Source: a virus
Lineage: Duplodnaviria > Caudoviricetes
IMG/VR virus record: IMGVR_UViG_3300045594_000116
Location: 165,509 to 229,508 of that record
Reading direction: 5' to 3' (one strand)
Length of the DNA: 64,000 bases
Under the pieces are notes generated by a model, which was given only the letters and a program-made list of their open reading frames with translations, was not told the origin of the DNA and made no database searches. The stretch's first letter is position 1, and every line of letters begins with the position of its first letter. A program made the translations under genes and the position numbers. Shown here in pieces: positions 28,377 to 39,624 of the stretch.

Positions 28377-28676
28377 TTATTTCTCCTCCTCCACGTATCC
28401 AACTCCTACCTTTTCATTTTGCAAGATAGGGGGCTGAGTAGGTTCGCCTTTAAAGCCAACTGGCTCTAACCCTCTTACAGTTAAATGCATAGGAGTGCTG
28501 TGCCCACATATAGGACATACCAATTTGTAGTGAATCTCGTTTTTCAACTCAGCTTGAATCCAGGCTGTATCAGATACTTTATATGCTGCATACGCAGATT
28601 TCATCAAGATCTTCTCATGATGACATCTTGGGCATACAGCAAACCTGTTTAATGTAATAGCAGTATGCTTTTCCAT
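28377..28676 (-). CDS. Zn-ribbon protein
   Basis: CPRC...CPICG motifs, RBS AAGGAG. Confidence 0.75.
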   Translation of the reverse strand: MEKHTAITLNRFAVCPRCHHEKILMKSAYAAYKVSDTAWIQAELKNEIHYKLVCPICGHSTPMHLTVRGLEPVGFKGEPTQPPILQNEKVGVGYVEEEK

Positions 28677-28690
28677 TATTCTTTCTCCTT

Positions 28691-28993
28691 TCAATGCTTC
28701 TTTTTATCAAGAAGTTCTGGTAATGGGTCTCCTTCTTTCCAATCATACAAAGGCAGAACACGATCTTTTAATTCAGGAAGGTACCTGTTCATCATCTTCC
28801 ACCCTGCATATTTTTTATAGTTTTCTTTGATATACTGTGCAATAGCACTATCAAAGTAACCAGCCGTAAGAGGAACAGATACGATAGCTACACGCCGTCC
28901 ATTATCTGTATCCTTAAACAGCATTACTTGTATAAGCTTATTAGAAAATACGATAAGGCGCGTAGCCTTATACAATGCTCGTTTTCTTATCAC
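28691..28993 (-). CDS. Hypothetical protein
   Basis: RBS AAGGAGGG with GTG start. Confidence 0.7.
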   Translation of the reverse strand: MIRKRALYKATRLIVFSNKLIQVMLFKDTDNGRRVAIVSVPLTAGYFDSAIAQYIKENYKKYAGWKMMNRYLPELKDRVLPLYDWKEGDPLPELLDKKKH

Positions 28994-29073
28994 TTATTAT
29001 CCCTCCTTAATAGCGACCCATCAAATACCTTGGATACTCTCTCCGGTATTCAATAAGCCGCTTTCCACATTGT

Positions 29074-29274
29074 TTACTTAAATATGATATCTATCATCTT
29101 TTCTGCTTTTACAAAAGCTTCAAATGTGACCACTTCAGACGTAGGTCTGAGTTGAAAGAGCCGCACATTCACTATTGCATCATGCAATTTCTTCATGGTG
29201 GTTGCGTATTTGTGTAATGCTCGGCCATTTAGCATTTTAGCTTTTAGCATATTCCTTCGTCTTATCTTGTCCAT
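29074..29274 (-). CDS. Small hypothetical protein (may extend to about 29008 via a frameshift)
   Basis: Operon context. An alternative frame continues LSKQCGKRLIEYRREYPRYLMGRY up to the next RBS. Confidence 0.55.
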   Translation of the reverse strand: MDKIRRRNMLKAKMLNGRALHKYATTMKKLHDAIVNVRLFQLRPTSEVVTFEAFVKAEKMIDIIFK

Positions 29275-29277
29275 AAC

Positions 29278-29526
29278 TTACAATGCCGGAACAAGCGTAT
29301 AAGTAAGGACCCGATTACGATAGGATGGCTTAGAGAGCTTTCTGAGGAACATTATTCCTTTATAGTTCTCACTAAGATATTCCTCTATATGGCCTTTAGC
29401 AGATGAAGGAATATACAGATCGTCAGGTACACTGTCATCCGCTAAATGCGAAACGAGGATGTGGATAAGATTCTCAGAATCTGTAAGAAGTCTGATTGCT
29501 TTAATTTTGTTTAATTCGTGTCTCAT
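29278..29526 (-). CDS. Hypothetical protein
   Basis: RBS AAGGAG before ATG 29526. Confidence 0.6.
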   Translation of the reverse strand: MRHELNKIKAIRLLTDSENLIHILVSHLADDSVPDDLYIPSSAKGHIEEYLSENYKGIMFLRKLSKPSYRNRVLTYTLVPAL

Positions 29527-29727
29527 AGTTATTACTCTCCTTTTCATATCTACCATTAAAGAAAAGATCAAATGCTTTTCTCTTCATTCTTAATCTTGAA
29601 TTGCTACGCAAATGATAAAAATGGCTAATCAGTGCGTAGTTAATCTTAATTGTAACCTTCTTAACCATTACAAATCATCCTTTCAAAATAAATCCTGTAT
29701 GGCTGAATTGCCATACAGGATATAGAA

Positions 29728-29964
29728 TCAGAAATTAGGGTCTGTATATTTGATAGCGCGCATATCACCAGTGATGAGAGTACGTGCGTCGGCGAACCGA
29801 GAAGTTCTTCCCGGAGGAAGGATCTCAGTAAAATCCTTAGCAACGCCATTCACTACTACACTACCAAATTTTAGATGCGTATTGCCGAGAGCTGCTTCAT
29901 TCTTTTTGATTTGCTGCATCTGCTCCCGAGAATACACAAATGTACGTTCATACATATTACTCAT
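29728..29964 (-). CDS. Small hypothetical protein coupled to the RNAP beta-N gene
   Basis: Overlaps the stop of the upstream gene. Confidence 0.7.
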   Translation of the reverse strand: MSNMYERTFVYSREQMQQIKKNEAALGNTHLKFGSVVVNGVAKDFTEILPPGRTSRFADARTLITGDMRAIKYTDPNF

Positions 29965-31729
29965 ACGTTATCGTCCCGCTTCCTTCAACCGGTACTTGAT
30001 CAGTAGTTACAGCTTCTGGATGGAGAATCTCCATCATAGACTTGATACACTCAAGTCCTTCTTCTGCCATATGCTCACTAACCTGTGGGATATCCATTTG
30101 TCCCAATACCGATTTCTTAAAATGAATTACATCTTTCAGCCCACGCTGCTTCTTATATCCATCATAGAGTTTCTCATACTCATCTCCCCAAGTAATTGGT
30201 TCTTGGAAATCTGAAATGAAACCATTCCCATACGTTTGAAGCAGTGGAACAACACTACCGCTGATACCAGGATCGGATGGTGAAGAAGCATCAGGGTCAA
30301 GTACACCCATATTGCTTACATCAAGATACCGATAAATCTTTGGAATGGATTTACCGCTAGTCTCTCCGATACCGCTTTCTCCCTTATAAGTACATTTAAG
30401 GGCAACGATAGAATCCATGTCAGTGACGGTGTTTCTAAATGTGATCAACTGAGATCTAGATACTGCACTAACAAGGAACATCGGATTCGTAATGAGAGAT
30501 TTCCGGATAGACCGAATATCTGCTCTAGGATTATCCGACAGATTATAGATACCATATGCCAAACGATTACCATACATAGCGCCAATATAATCAGCGATAT
30601 TGATACGTTTGGTTCTGATATTCAGATTATCTTTCAGCTTCAAGTTGCTGAATTCGTTCAGTACCCATTGCAGGATTCTGAACACATCGCGTTTATACTC
30701 TTCAGGTAATCTGATATTGTCTCTTGTATCGATGCTATATACCCCTCTCAATGAGGTGAGTACATTGCATCCTTTCATATACTTATCAGCTGTAAGCGAA
30801 CTTGTATATGCATTACCCAGACGCATCTTCCAGAAGACATCTGAGAAGATATCCTGAATGGTAAGGTCTTTGATACAAGTTTGTGTGCAAAGCATATTGA
30901 TTACATGCTGAACAACAGCATTGCCATCGAAGATCTGCTTCGGAACACAGAAAAACAGCTTGATGCTGTCTTTGATCTCTCCACGATACTGTGGCTGGAA
31001 TGAATAGAATATATTCTCATCCAGTGGAGTTTCAGATGGGATTACTACCTGACTGAGTCCAAAGAACTCAAGAGCATTGTAGAATCCATACTGAGCAAAT
31101 ACATACAGCGATGCCGATGTACATTTGCTAAATGCCATACAATCATATTGTGTAGCATCATGCTCTTCACCTTTATAGTCATAGAGCTTCACAATGTTTC
31201 TGAAGATACGAATAGGGTGGAACATGGTTTTCAAAGTCACACAATGCGAATCAGACTTACTGGTTGCATTGTTATAGGTACTTCCATCAACGATTTGATA
31301 CATAGAGCTGCAGTAATTTCCATTAATATAGAAATAGAACTTGTCCACTACCCGTGGGACAGCTATAATGACATCAATCTCTTCATGCTGATCTTTGATC
31401 TCGATATAGTACGTGACTATAAGAAGTTTCAAAGCTGACTGTTTCAAATCGATAAAGTTATATCGATTATCTTCGTCAGACCGTGACTTAGAAGACTTCT
31501 TCCGATTAAGCATCTCTTGATACTTACGGAGAGTCTCATTTACCTCGAAGAAGCTATCTACAACTCTAAAATTCTTAACCAGAATCTTAAAGTTTGTTTC
31601 TCTCTGACAAGAGAGGATGATTTTCTTCAATACTTCGATGATCTCTTCATCGGAGCGGCTGAATAACTTTGCATTGAACCGATAGGTTGTCTTTTCCGCA
31701 AAGTCATGAATAAACTGTTTCTGATTCAA
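29957..31729 (-). CDS. Non-virion RNA polymerase beta subunit, N-terminal part
   Basis: YFYINGN...YQIVD resembles RpoB FIINGTERVIVSQ. R.LD.S.MGVLDP..SS..DPGISG resembles RpoB RDVH.THYGR.CP.ETPEG.NIG. Confidence 0.85.
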   Translation of the reverse strand: MNQKQFIHDFAEKTTYRFNAKLFSRSDEEIIEVLKKIILSCQRETNFKILVKNFRVVDSFFEVNETLRKYQEMLNRKKSSKSRSDEDNRYNFIDLKQSALKLLIVTYYIEIKDQHEEIDVIIAVPRVVDKFYFYINGNYCSSMYQIVDGSTYNNATSKSDSHCVTLKTMFHPIRIFRNIVKLYDYKGEEHDATQYDCMAFSKCTSASLYVFAQYGFYNALEFFGLSQVVIPSETPLDENIFYSFQPQYRGEIKDSIKLFFCVPKQIFDGNAVVQHVINMLCTQTCIKDLTIQDIFSDVFWKMRLGNAYTSSLTADKYMKGCNVLTSLRGVYSIDTRDNIRLPEEYKRDVFRILQWVLNEFSNLKLKDNLNIRTKRINIADYIGAMYGNRLAYGIYNLSDNPRADIRSIRKSLITNPMFLVSAVSRSQLITFRNTVTDMDSIVALKCTYKGESGIGETSGKSIPKIYRYLDVSNMGVLDPDASSPSDPGISGSVVPLLQTYGNGFISDFQEPITWGDEYEKLYDGYKKQRGLKDVIHFKKSVLGQMDIPQVSEHMAEEGLECIKSMMEILHPEAVTTDQVPVEGSGTITYE

Positions 31730-32394
31730 TCAGATTCCTCCCCATCTTCACCCGATGTGGCATTAGGTGCGGTGATCCTTGTCTTCAGCACTTTGTTCAT
31801 TGGATTCACGCATCCAGGTTTATCTGTAATGGTGATATCAACGTCCAAATCATATGCTGTAGCAAGACTTGTGAGTTTCTTGAGTGTGATACCCTTATTC
31901 TTCTTAGACGTAATAAGACGCATGCAGTTACTAAAGTCACTGCCAAGTCTCTGTCTATAGGATTCAGGATCGATAGCCTTTGCTCCTAATGCTTCTTTGA
32001 TAAGCTTAAGAGCAGGCGAATCATTAGGATCTATGTACGGCTCAAGCACATTATCCTTCGTAGTAAGACGAGCTGTCTCGTCATTTGCCAACTGATCCTT
32101 TTTCTTGATCAGTTCAGCATAAGATTTTGAATCGCTGAAATTGATAACTCTATCTTCAGAGTAATCTTTCATACGCTCCTCTGGCGGTTTCGTATATACA
32201 GACATGCAACCTGCATCTACAACACCGGGAAGACCTTCGGTAAATCTAGGTCTAATAGGATAAACAATCCCGTCTTTAGCAACACATGTGTTTTCAAACA
32301 TTGGCTCATTGAATTGCTTACGGCGGATATATTCATCTTCAGATATGACATCCATAGTTGTATTATTGATAAATACCTGTCTAATATCGTCCAA
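31726..32394 (-). CDS. Hypothetical protein with C-terminal XRE-like HTH
   Basis: FSNCMRLI......ITLKKLTSLATAYDL pattern, coupled to beta-N. Confidence 0.7.
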   Translation of the reverse strand: MDDIRQVFINNTTMDVISEDEYIRRKQFNEPMFENTCVAKDGIVYPIRPRFTEGLPGVVDAGCMSVYTKPPEERMKDYSEDRVINFSDSKSYAELIKKKDQLANDETARLTTKDNVLEPYIDPNDSPALKLIKEALGAKAIDPESYRQRLGSDFSNCMRLITSKKNKGITLKKLTSLATAYDLDVDITITDKPGCVNPMNKVLKTRITAPNATSGEDGEESD

Positions 32395-32494
32395 TTAGAT
32401 TCCTCCTAAAAAAATCAATCTGCAAGGTTTTTTATTAAAAAAATACAGGAGAGGAAGATTGCTCTTCCTCTCTTATATTTTTACATAACCTTAC

Positions 32495-33115
32495 TTAAGC
32501 TGCTGCTTCAGCTTTCTCATTGACTTTATCATCCTTGACATGCTGCTTCAGAACTTCCATCGGCGTGATCGTGATATAGACCTTCTCGCCATCATGCTCT
32601 GCCGTAGCTTTGAAGAAGTCATCATATACCAATACCGGATCGATATCGACATTGTTGATCATATAAGTCTTGATTGCTTCTGCACATGCACACAGGATAT
32701 CGCAGAGGAAATCCTTGCCATTTACAGTCTCAAGGCAAATGCCATAATTGTTCAGGCCAAAATCAGCCAGCATATAATGGAAAACCTGGTCGCTCAAGCC
32801 AGCAATGTTTTCCTTCGGAATGTCTTTCATATCTTCTTCGTTGAACGTGAAAGTCAGGGAGAAGCTATCCTCTCCATCTTCGCTTTCATTGCTCTCAACG
32901 TACGCACCAAAGTAGAATGCGTCATTCTGGAAATCACGGATCTGACAACCCATCGTCTGACCCTTTTTCTTTACAACTCCGAGGTATTTCGCAACGCCCT
33001 CAAAGAGCATGCGAACGCAACGCCAGGAGAAACGAACGTCCCAGGTGCAGCTCTTTTCCTCGTCCATAATTTTCATAATCTGTGCATCAATGTTCGTGTC
33101 TTTGTACTGTTTCAT
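32495..33115 (-). CDS. Acidic early protein, possible tandem HU/IHF-like fold
   Basis: RBS AAGGAG, early promoter at 33184, high-expression codons, C-terminal ITPMEVLKQHVK. Confidence 0.75.
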   Translation of the reverse strand: MKQYKDTNIDAQIMKIMDEEKSCTWDVRFSWRCVRMLFEGVAKYLGVVKKKGQTMGCQIRDFQNDAFYFGAYVESNESEDGEDSFSLTFTFNEEDMKDIPKENIAGLSDQVFHYMLADFGLNNYGICLETVNGKDFLCDILCACAEAIKTYMINNVDIDPVLVYDDFFKATAEHDGEKVYITITPMEVLKQHVKDDKVNEKAEAAA

Positions 33116-33235
33116 GTCGTAAACACTCCTTAAATGAATTAGAATTTGATTCAAGACATCATAAGATATCTTGCCTTCACCTATATGATATATAGTTATT
33201 CTTAAGTTTACCACCCGTTAATTTTTTACAAGCGG

Positions 33236-35560
33236 TTAGAACCCTGCCGGCCTCGGCATGGATTCCCACAGAACTTCTGGAGTAACTATTCTACAGGTCT
33301 TTGTATTGATCTTGGAAAGCTTGCTGGATTGAAATCCTACGTATGGAACTACAAGGATATCTGTCTTCTTAGTGACACCTTTCTCTCCAGATGCATCGAA
33401 CGTTCCAAGAGCGTTCAATGCCTCGACCAATTTAGAGTCTCTGCAGCCAGTAAATCGTACAATGACTTTGGCTGTATAATCTCCATATGATCTTTGAATA
33501 TTATCCATACATGCGATGGTTTTAAGATCATCCATGAACGCCTTGCGCTCATTTACAACGGTTAATGCTGCTGTTTCCCCAATACCTTTGATAGTCATCA
33601 AGGCGTTGTAAAGTTCATTCTCTTCTGCATCCATGATATACTCTAAGGATACATCCTTAAGAATAAGCTTCCATTTCTCTGCACTAAGATTAGAGAAACC
33701 AAGCGCGCCTATTACCCGATTATCAGGATAAGGCTTTGTTTTCAGCTCTTCTACCCGTGCAAAGAATTTCTTCGTCATAACCTCACCGATTACCGCACAT
33801 GCCTTATCATAATCCAGATTGAAAAGATCACTAAACGATCTGAGATTCAATGATACTACATATGCCTCGCCAAAGTCCTTGAAGTTAAGTTTCTTAAGCA
33901 TGTTAGTTACACGCTTAACCCTACGTCCATCACAATCCATATTAGGACAATATGCTGTATCTCCAGTATCTGATACCATTAAGGATGTCCCACATACTGG
34001 ACATACTTCAGGGAATGGAATCTTCGGGCCTTTTGGAATAGCATTCTCTGCGATATTAGGCTTGGTAAGATACACGATTACATCATGCCTATACTCAAGC
34101 TCAACCACATCTCCTAAATGTAGATCCATCTGATTAAACTTCTTAAACGAATGAATCGTAGTTTTCGGATGAATGGTACCAAAGAACTCTACCGGATTGA
34201 AATACGCCATCGGAGTGATGCTACCATCCTGTCCTACGGTGAATTCACAACCGGTAATGATGCTTCTCTTCTTCATAGCTGAGAACTTGATCGCAATAGC
34301 CCATTTGTTTACAGAGTTAATCCGACCCAATGCCTGCTTAGCAATTGGATTGGTATACTCGATAACTACTCCATCATACATAAATGGAATATAAGGTCTC
34401 ATAGCTTCTGCTTCTTTAGCAAACTTACTTACCATATACAATCTATTCATGTAATCACCATGAATCATTGCATAGCGTAAATCTACACCAGAGCTATAAT
34501 ACTTATTCAGGAAATTGATCTCTACTTCTCGGTTATCGATTCCAAGACCACCAGTACAGATTGGTACAAGAGTCATATAGTCTCTGAATCTTCTGGCATC
34601 ATCTCTACCGGTTAACCCAATAATAGCCGTTCTACCATTTACATAGGTCATACCGGTATCTGCAGCAAGCTTATTGAGCATAGGAAATGTAATGATGCAT
34701 TCGAATTTGATGCCGAATACCATCTTATCATTTATCTCTGAATAACCACATGCTCTTTGGAATACATAACCTCCAAAGATATGCGTCAAATCCTGAGCCT
34801 CATCATTCCCCGTATCTCCTCTGGATCTTGCAGATACAATCTTGTTACCCTGGATCTGGGCTTCAACAGAAATACCATCATACTTCAAAGTCGCACACAT
34901 ATCAGGGAAGTCGAATCCCATCTGACGATGAGCCATCATGAAATCTCTTTCAAAGATAGCTACTTTCTGCTCACTATTGTTAGGATCTATTCCATGATTC
35001 ACTGCATCATTAATAAGGGTAAACTTACACTTATCAAGAGTGCCGACTAACTCTGGATACTCATGTGCAACAGCTCTGCCCTTTTTGCTAGGCTTGTCAT
35101 AGTGCTGTACATCTTGTACTTCGAAGTCACTAGCCCGAACATCAAAGGTATTTCCCGTGATATTCTTGAAGAAGAACCCATCCATGTCAGCTAGATGCAT
35201 AGCTGTAACCTTTCCAGTTACATGCTGTTCATAGCTATCAGGACCTGCTTGTCCCTGTGGGAATACAACTGGTGTTGCTCCTACAGGAGACATACCACCC
35301 GTAACTTTGTTATACTTCGTTACGGCTAAATCATACACTCCATCTTCTAATGGAAGCATAGTTCGATCTGTATTATTGTACAGGATATTGGAGATAACCA
35401 GTACATCATACATATCTTTTGTCATTTGTTCCGTTGGCTCTGAATTTATAAAATTCATAGTCAATTCATTAAGGTAAGAACTTAGCTGAGGAGTAATCAT
35501 CCGTAAAGATGCTTTCTCTAAATCAGCTATAACCTCCTTAAGATTTATATTCACTTTCAT
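33236..35560 (-). CDS. ligA: NAD-dependent DNA ligase
   Basis: KYDGIS, SRGD, YDGVVI, WAIAIKF, VGQDGSITP, CPVCG...CPN..C and a C-terminal BRCT (FTG). Confidence 0.93.
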   Translation of the reverse strand: MKVNINLKEVIADLEKASLRMITPQLSSYLNELTMNFINSEPTEQMTKDMYDVLVISNILYNNTDRTMLPLEDGVYDLAVTKYNKVTGGMSPVGATPVVFPQGQAGPDSYEQHVTGKVTAMHLADMDGFFFKNITGNTFDVRASDFEVQDVQHYDKPSKKGRAVAHEYPELVGTLDKCKFTLINDAVNHGIDPNNSEQKVAIFERDFMMAHRQMGFDFPDMCATLKYDGISVEAQIQGNKIVSARSRGDTGNDEAQDLTHIFGGYVFQRACGYSEINDKMVFGIKFECIITFPMLNKLAADTGMTYVNGRTAIIGLTGRDDARRFRDYMTLVPICTGGLGIDNREVEINFLNKYYSSGVDLRYAMIHGDYMNRLYMVSKFAKEAEAMRPYIPFMYDGVVIEYTNPIAKQALGRINSVNKWAIAIKFSAMKKRSIITGCEFTVGQDGSITPMAYFNPVEFFGTIHPKTTIHSFKKFNQMDLHLGDVVELEYRHDVIVYLTKPNIAENAIPKGPKIPFPEVCPVCGTSLMVSDTGDTAYCPNMDCDGRRVKRVTNMLKKLNFKDFGEAYVVSLNLRSFSDLFNLDYDKACAVIGEVMTKKFFARVEELKTKPYPDNRVIGALGFSNLSAEKWKLILKDVSLEYIMDAEENELYNALMTIKGIGETAALTVVNERKAFMDDLKTIACMDNIQRSYGDYTAKVIVRFTGCRDSKLVEALNALGTFDASGEKGVTKKTDILVVPYVGFQSSKLSKINTKTCRIVTPEVLWESMPRPAGF

Positions 35561-35627
35561 CACCTCATGAATATAATATATACTTGCAAAAAATAATAGA
35601 GGGCTGATTATACAGCCCTCCATATTT

Positions 35628-38162
35628 TTATTCCTTATCCAGGTTCCCCTTCAATGGGAGATTAGGATTAACGAGCCTCATTACACGTTCTTTGATTACT
35701 CTCTGCTTACGAACTGGCACCTCGGAGTTGATAAGCTTAGTTACATCCTTAGTTGTAAGCTCTCCAATCATCTCCTTGATAGCTTCCTTCTCACGAAGGT
35801 CATCCATGATATGAGTAATTTCAGAAGCATTCTTCATAATCTCTTCGGAATGAAGAACCTCATGCCGAATATCTTCTGGGAATGAATTGATTACCATTGC
35901 AGTGCGTGGATCTACAAGAGTCATAGCTCTCATCTTATTACGAGAACCAGATTTCTTATGATCAATCCTCTTCTTTGCAAGCTCTTTGATCTTATCTTTC
36001 AGTCGTGGATCTACAAGAGTCATTGCTACACACTTTCTCCGATTATCAATCAGAGTCATTACAACCTGCTTGACCTTGTTACGCACTTTAAGCTTTTTGA
36101 TAAAGTCAAATCGTAATCCGATTTCCTTAAGATAAACATCAACCTTCTCTACTTGTCGAGAAGTAGCATCATGAGGAATACGTACATTGCGCTGGAATGG
36201 ATCACCAACCAAAAGTGTTTCGAACATACGTCTACCCTGTGGAGATGCAGACAGAAGCATCAATGTTTCAATCAACGTTTCTGCGTTAGAATGCATCATA
36301 TCAAGAAACTCCATTTCACCAAAGCGTACTGGAGTGGTCGCATGCGCTGCTTTATGAAACTTATTTGCTTTGCTCTTTGTATTCTCGCTTCTGATATTCG
36401 TAGATGCCAGAGATACAGAAGAGAACTTCTCTTCAGCAAACTGCTTCAAACGCTGCGTATATTTCTTACCTACGATGATTTTGCGTCTAGCTTTAATCTG
36501 CCGCAATCCTCCACGGGAATTCTGTACAGTAACATAGAGATCTGACTGCTCAATCCATGGGAATGCTTCATACATCTCTCTGATCATATCGATAGACATG
36601 CCAGAAGACATCGGAGGCATACACATATAGATTGCTCCATCATTGACGATAGAATCAAGATACTGTGTTCTTACATCAATTCCATTGTAATTACAGAAAT
36701 CTTGATACTCTCTTGCCTGTTCCTTATTGAAGATATTCATATAAGTGAACAGCATGTTCTCGCACTGTCCGATTATACCCTGATCATCATAAGATCCATG
36801 AGAATAAGCTTCAGTAAGAATATTACCGATGCGTTCAATGATCTTAGAGCCACCATAGGTCATCTCTGTTTCCATAGACTGACCCGGATTTTCTCGGTTT
36901 ACGATAGTGCTACTATTATAGATAGCATCTACTGGCTCAAGAATGATCTCACCACCACGATTGACCGGATACTGCGGCATTCTATCATCTGGATAGATAG
37001 CTGATACAACGCCTTTACCGCCGTATCTATCAGTAATCTTATCTCCTACATGAATAGGGATGGTGATCATCGTAGTGATATTCAGATAGATATTGCTAAA
37101 TACCTTATCGGAGATTGTCTGCTTGCCCTGAATAGTCCAGAGACACTGATAATACAGCTTCTCAGCTTCATAAGTCATCGGAACTTTCTTATCAACAAAC
37201 GGCTGCATAGATTTTACGATATTAGCACAATACTCGAGCTTCATATCATAATAGTGGCTGATCTGCTGATTGTAGAGACTCGACTTGAGCTTTTCAGGAT
37301 TGTTGCAAAACACATCGATATCGATAACTTTTCCTTTGAGCATGTATTTGTCATCGGAAATCATCATCTCTTTCAAATGATCACAGCTCTGCGAATACAG
37401 TGCTTCATCTTCTTTTCTTTCTCTACGTACTGCACAAAGAAATCCATTCTGAATCTCTTCACCAATATCAGGGAATGTTTTATAATGCTCATTATCTCCA
37501 TACAGATTCAATAGGATATCATTATCATTGATCTGGAAAGATGTCGAATCGAACAATGGAGCATTGAATCGTTTTGCTGCTGACTCAGATAATACGATCG
37601 GATCTTCTGTTGTGATAGCAAGAGCCATATAGATCGTAGTCAAGTTTACGCCACAGCATTTGTTATTGGCTTCATCAAATGAATTAGCCTTAACAATAGG
37701 AGTGTCTTTTGGAATTACATCTCCTACATTCACTACGTCGAGTGTATCCGTATTCATGCTGTATCCATAACTCTCTGAGATATGACGATAATCTACCCGA
37801 TTAATGATATCAAGTTTGTTATTCTTTGAATCCAGGCAGATGAGTGTGAAGTTCGCCGACTTCACGTTATAGTTCGTATTGTACTTAGGAATCTTATCGA
37901 TGACGATCAGGTCCGCCTCGGCTTGCGCGAACGTAGAACTCATTGTACCAAATTGTGTTTCATACCCAGTCATAATGATTGGGGTTTCTGCACTTTGCAA
38001 CTGCATGGTCTGATCAGTCTGAATACCTTGCATAATCTTTCTTGAACCAGAGTTACAGTTGTTGAACGGCTGCAGTAAACCTTTGCCTAATGCATACTCT
38101 TGTGCCGGGAGTTCATTTTCAATCTCCTGACATGTGCTCATGATATTAAGTTTTCCTGCCAT
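35628..38162 (-). CDS. Non-virion RNA polymerase beta subunit, C-terminal part
   Basis: SGSRKIM, TTEDPIVLS, GDKITDRYGGKGVVS, NRENPGQ and RFGEME motifs. Early promoter at 38201. Confidence 0.92.
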   Translation of the reverse strand: MAGKLNIMSTCQEIENELPAQEYALGKGLLQPFNNCNSGSRKIMQGIQTDQTMQLQSAETPIIMTGYETQFGTMSSTFAQAEADLIVIDKIPKYNTNYNVKSANFTLICLDSKNNKLDIINRVDYRHISESYGYSMNTDTLDVVNVGDVIPKDTPIVKANSFDEANNKCCGVNLTTIYMALAITTEDPIVLSESAAKRFNAPLFDSTSFQINDNDILLNLYGDNEHYKTFPDIGEEIQNGFLCAVRRERKEDEALYSQSCDHLKEMMISDDKYMLKGKVIDIDVFCNNPEKLKSSLYNQQISHYYDMKLEYCANIVKSMQPFVDKKVPMTYEAEKLYYQCLWTIQGKQTISDKVFSNIYLNITTMITIPIHVGDKITDRYGGKGVVSAIYPDDRMPQYPVNRGGEIILEPVDAIYNSSTIVNRENPGQSMETEMTYGGSKIIERIGNILTEAYSHGSYDDQGIIGQCENMLFTYMNIFNKEQAREYQDFCNYNGIDVRTQYLDSIVNDGAIYMCMPPMSSGMSIDMIREMYEAFPWIEQSDLYVTVQNSRGGLRQIKARRKIIVGKKYTQRLKQFAEEKFSSVSLASTNIRSENTKSKANKFHKAAHATTPVRFGEMEFLDMMHSNAETLIETLMLLSASPQGRRMFETLLVGDPFQRNVRIPHDATSRQVEKVDVYLKEIGLRFDFIKKLKVRNKVKQVVMTLIDNRRKCVAMTLVDPRLKDKIKELAKKRIDHKKSGSRNKMRAMTLVDPRTAMVINSFPEDIRHEVLHSEEIMKNASEITHIMDDLREKEAIKEMIGELTTKDVTKLINSEVPVRKQRVIKERVMRLVNPNLPLKGNLDKE

Positions 38163-38269
38163 TAAAGAAATCCTCCTTAAACTGTTTCGACTTTCATATT
38201 TATAATATATGATCAAATAGCCATTTAGAGAAAATATGCCAGATAGAACTAAGTCTATCTGGCAATTGA

Positions 38270-39538
38270 TTAAATCTCTTCTGCGTTATTCTCTACAGAT
38301 GGTACCTGATTCATGCAGAGGTCGTACAGATTACTCATAATCTTTTTCTCCTTGGCAAAGTCTGCATTAGAAGCCTTAGGAATCTTGACGAGTTCTTCAC
38401 TAACTGCTTTATCAAACCGCATTCTGAACTCCTCATTGCTAAGATACTTGTCTTTGAAATTACCCATGGAGAACTTCACATCAGTAAAGTCGTCCACATA
38501 CATTCCGACACCGCTACCCTTGATACGGTTAGTCTTCTCCTTCATGAATACAAAGGTAGAGAGTAACGGATCAAATCCAGTCACATAGTCAAAGACCATA
38601 GTAACTGCCTGATGCGGTCTAGAACTACGAGTTTTCTCAAAGTATACATCTACCATAGCACCAGCGATCTTATACTTTTCATCCTCTTTGAGCTTCTTGT
38701 TATCAACAAAACGCATGATGGTATTGGATAACAAAACGAGCGTATCTCCACGAGGAAGTCTCTCATCTGGAGACAAGAACGGAAGCTGACTACGCTTATG
38801 CATCATCGGATTAGCATTGATCTGCTGCATGATATGGTTTACAGCAAATACAATGATATTAGCAGATTTGATCATTGGAATGATCGTACGAAGAATCTGC
38901 GTAACAACCTTTGCAGCAGCCGTCGTACTCATCTGCCCAGACAACTCTTCTTCCGATGCATACTTCTCAGGCATCAGCATAGCAATAGAGTCGATGATAT
39001 AGATGGTAGGTTCAAACTCGATAATTGGATTTCCGAAGTTATCAAGCTTACCAGTATCATACTGATACTTTTCAGGATTCTCGAGCTTCATATCATGAAT
39101 CTCTTTAATACGGCGATAGAAATTCTCTGCCGTAATACCACGATCTCGTGAGATTATACGTTCTTTAAGCGTCTCCTCTGGCACTCCTACTACATTCGAG
39201 ATACGAGGCCAATCGATTCCTGCCTCTGTATTATCTGCGAAGATAGAAGCATTCTCGAATGGTGCGATCATATTCCATGCGAACTGCCACATACCGGTGG
39301 TTTTACCGCTCTGAGATCTACCAATAACGGAGTTGAAACTTCCGTTGGTGATACCTACAGAGAAGTAGTTGAAATCCATTCCTTTTTCTGTATTCTTTAC
39401 ATGAACGATCTGTCCATTAGTAAAGTCAAGAACCGGAAAACCGGTTGGATATCCGACATACGTCTGCGCTTCACGCTGCATATCGATATCTTTATCTTTG
39501 AGCATCTTTTCTCTAAACTGTGTTGCAAGTAATGACAT
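38270..39538 (-). CDS. RecA/UvsX-like recombinase
   Basis: PTGFPVLD, Walker A GRSQSGKTT, IIDSIA, VNHI, KTR motifs. Confidence 0.88.
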   Translation of the reverse strand: MSLLATQFREKMLKDKDIDMQREAQTYVGYPTGFPVLDFTNGQIVHVKNTEKGMDFNYFSVGITNGSFNSVIGRSQSGKTTGMWQFAWNMIAPFENASIFADNTEAGIDWPRISNVVGVPEETLKERIISRDRGITAENFYRRIKEIHDMKLENPEKYQYDTGKLDNFGNPIIEFEPTIYIIDSIAMLMPEKYASEEELSGQMSTTAAAKVVTQILRTIIPMIKSANIIVFAVNHIMQQINANPMMHKRSQLPFLSPDERLPRGDTLVLLSNTIMRFVDNKKLKEDEKYKIAGAMVDVYFEKTRSSRPHQAVTMVFDYVTGFDPLLSTFVFMKEKTNRIKGSGVGMYVDDFTDVKFSMGNFKDKYLSNEEFRMRFDKAVSEELVKIPKASNADFAKEKKIMSNLYDLCMNQVPSVENNAEEI

Positions 39539-39624
39539 ATTCTTATCCCTCCATACTGTGGTTAATTAGAAGTTAAAGGTCGAGTAAAAAAAAATAAAGA
39601 GGAGGGAAATTCCCTCCTCGATAT

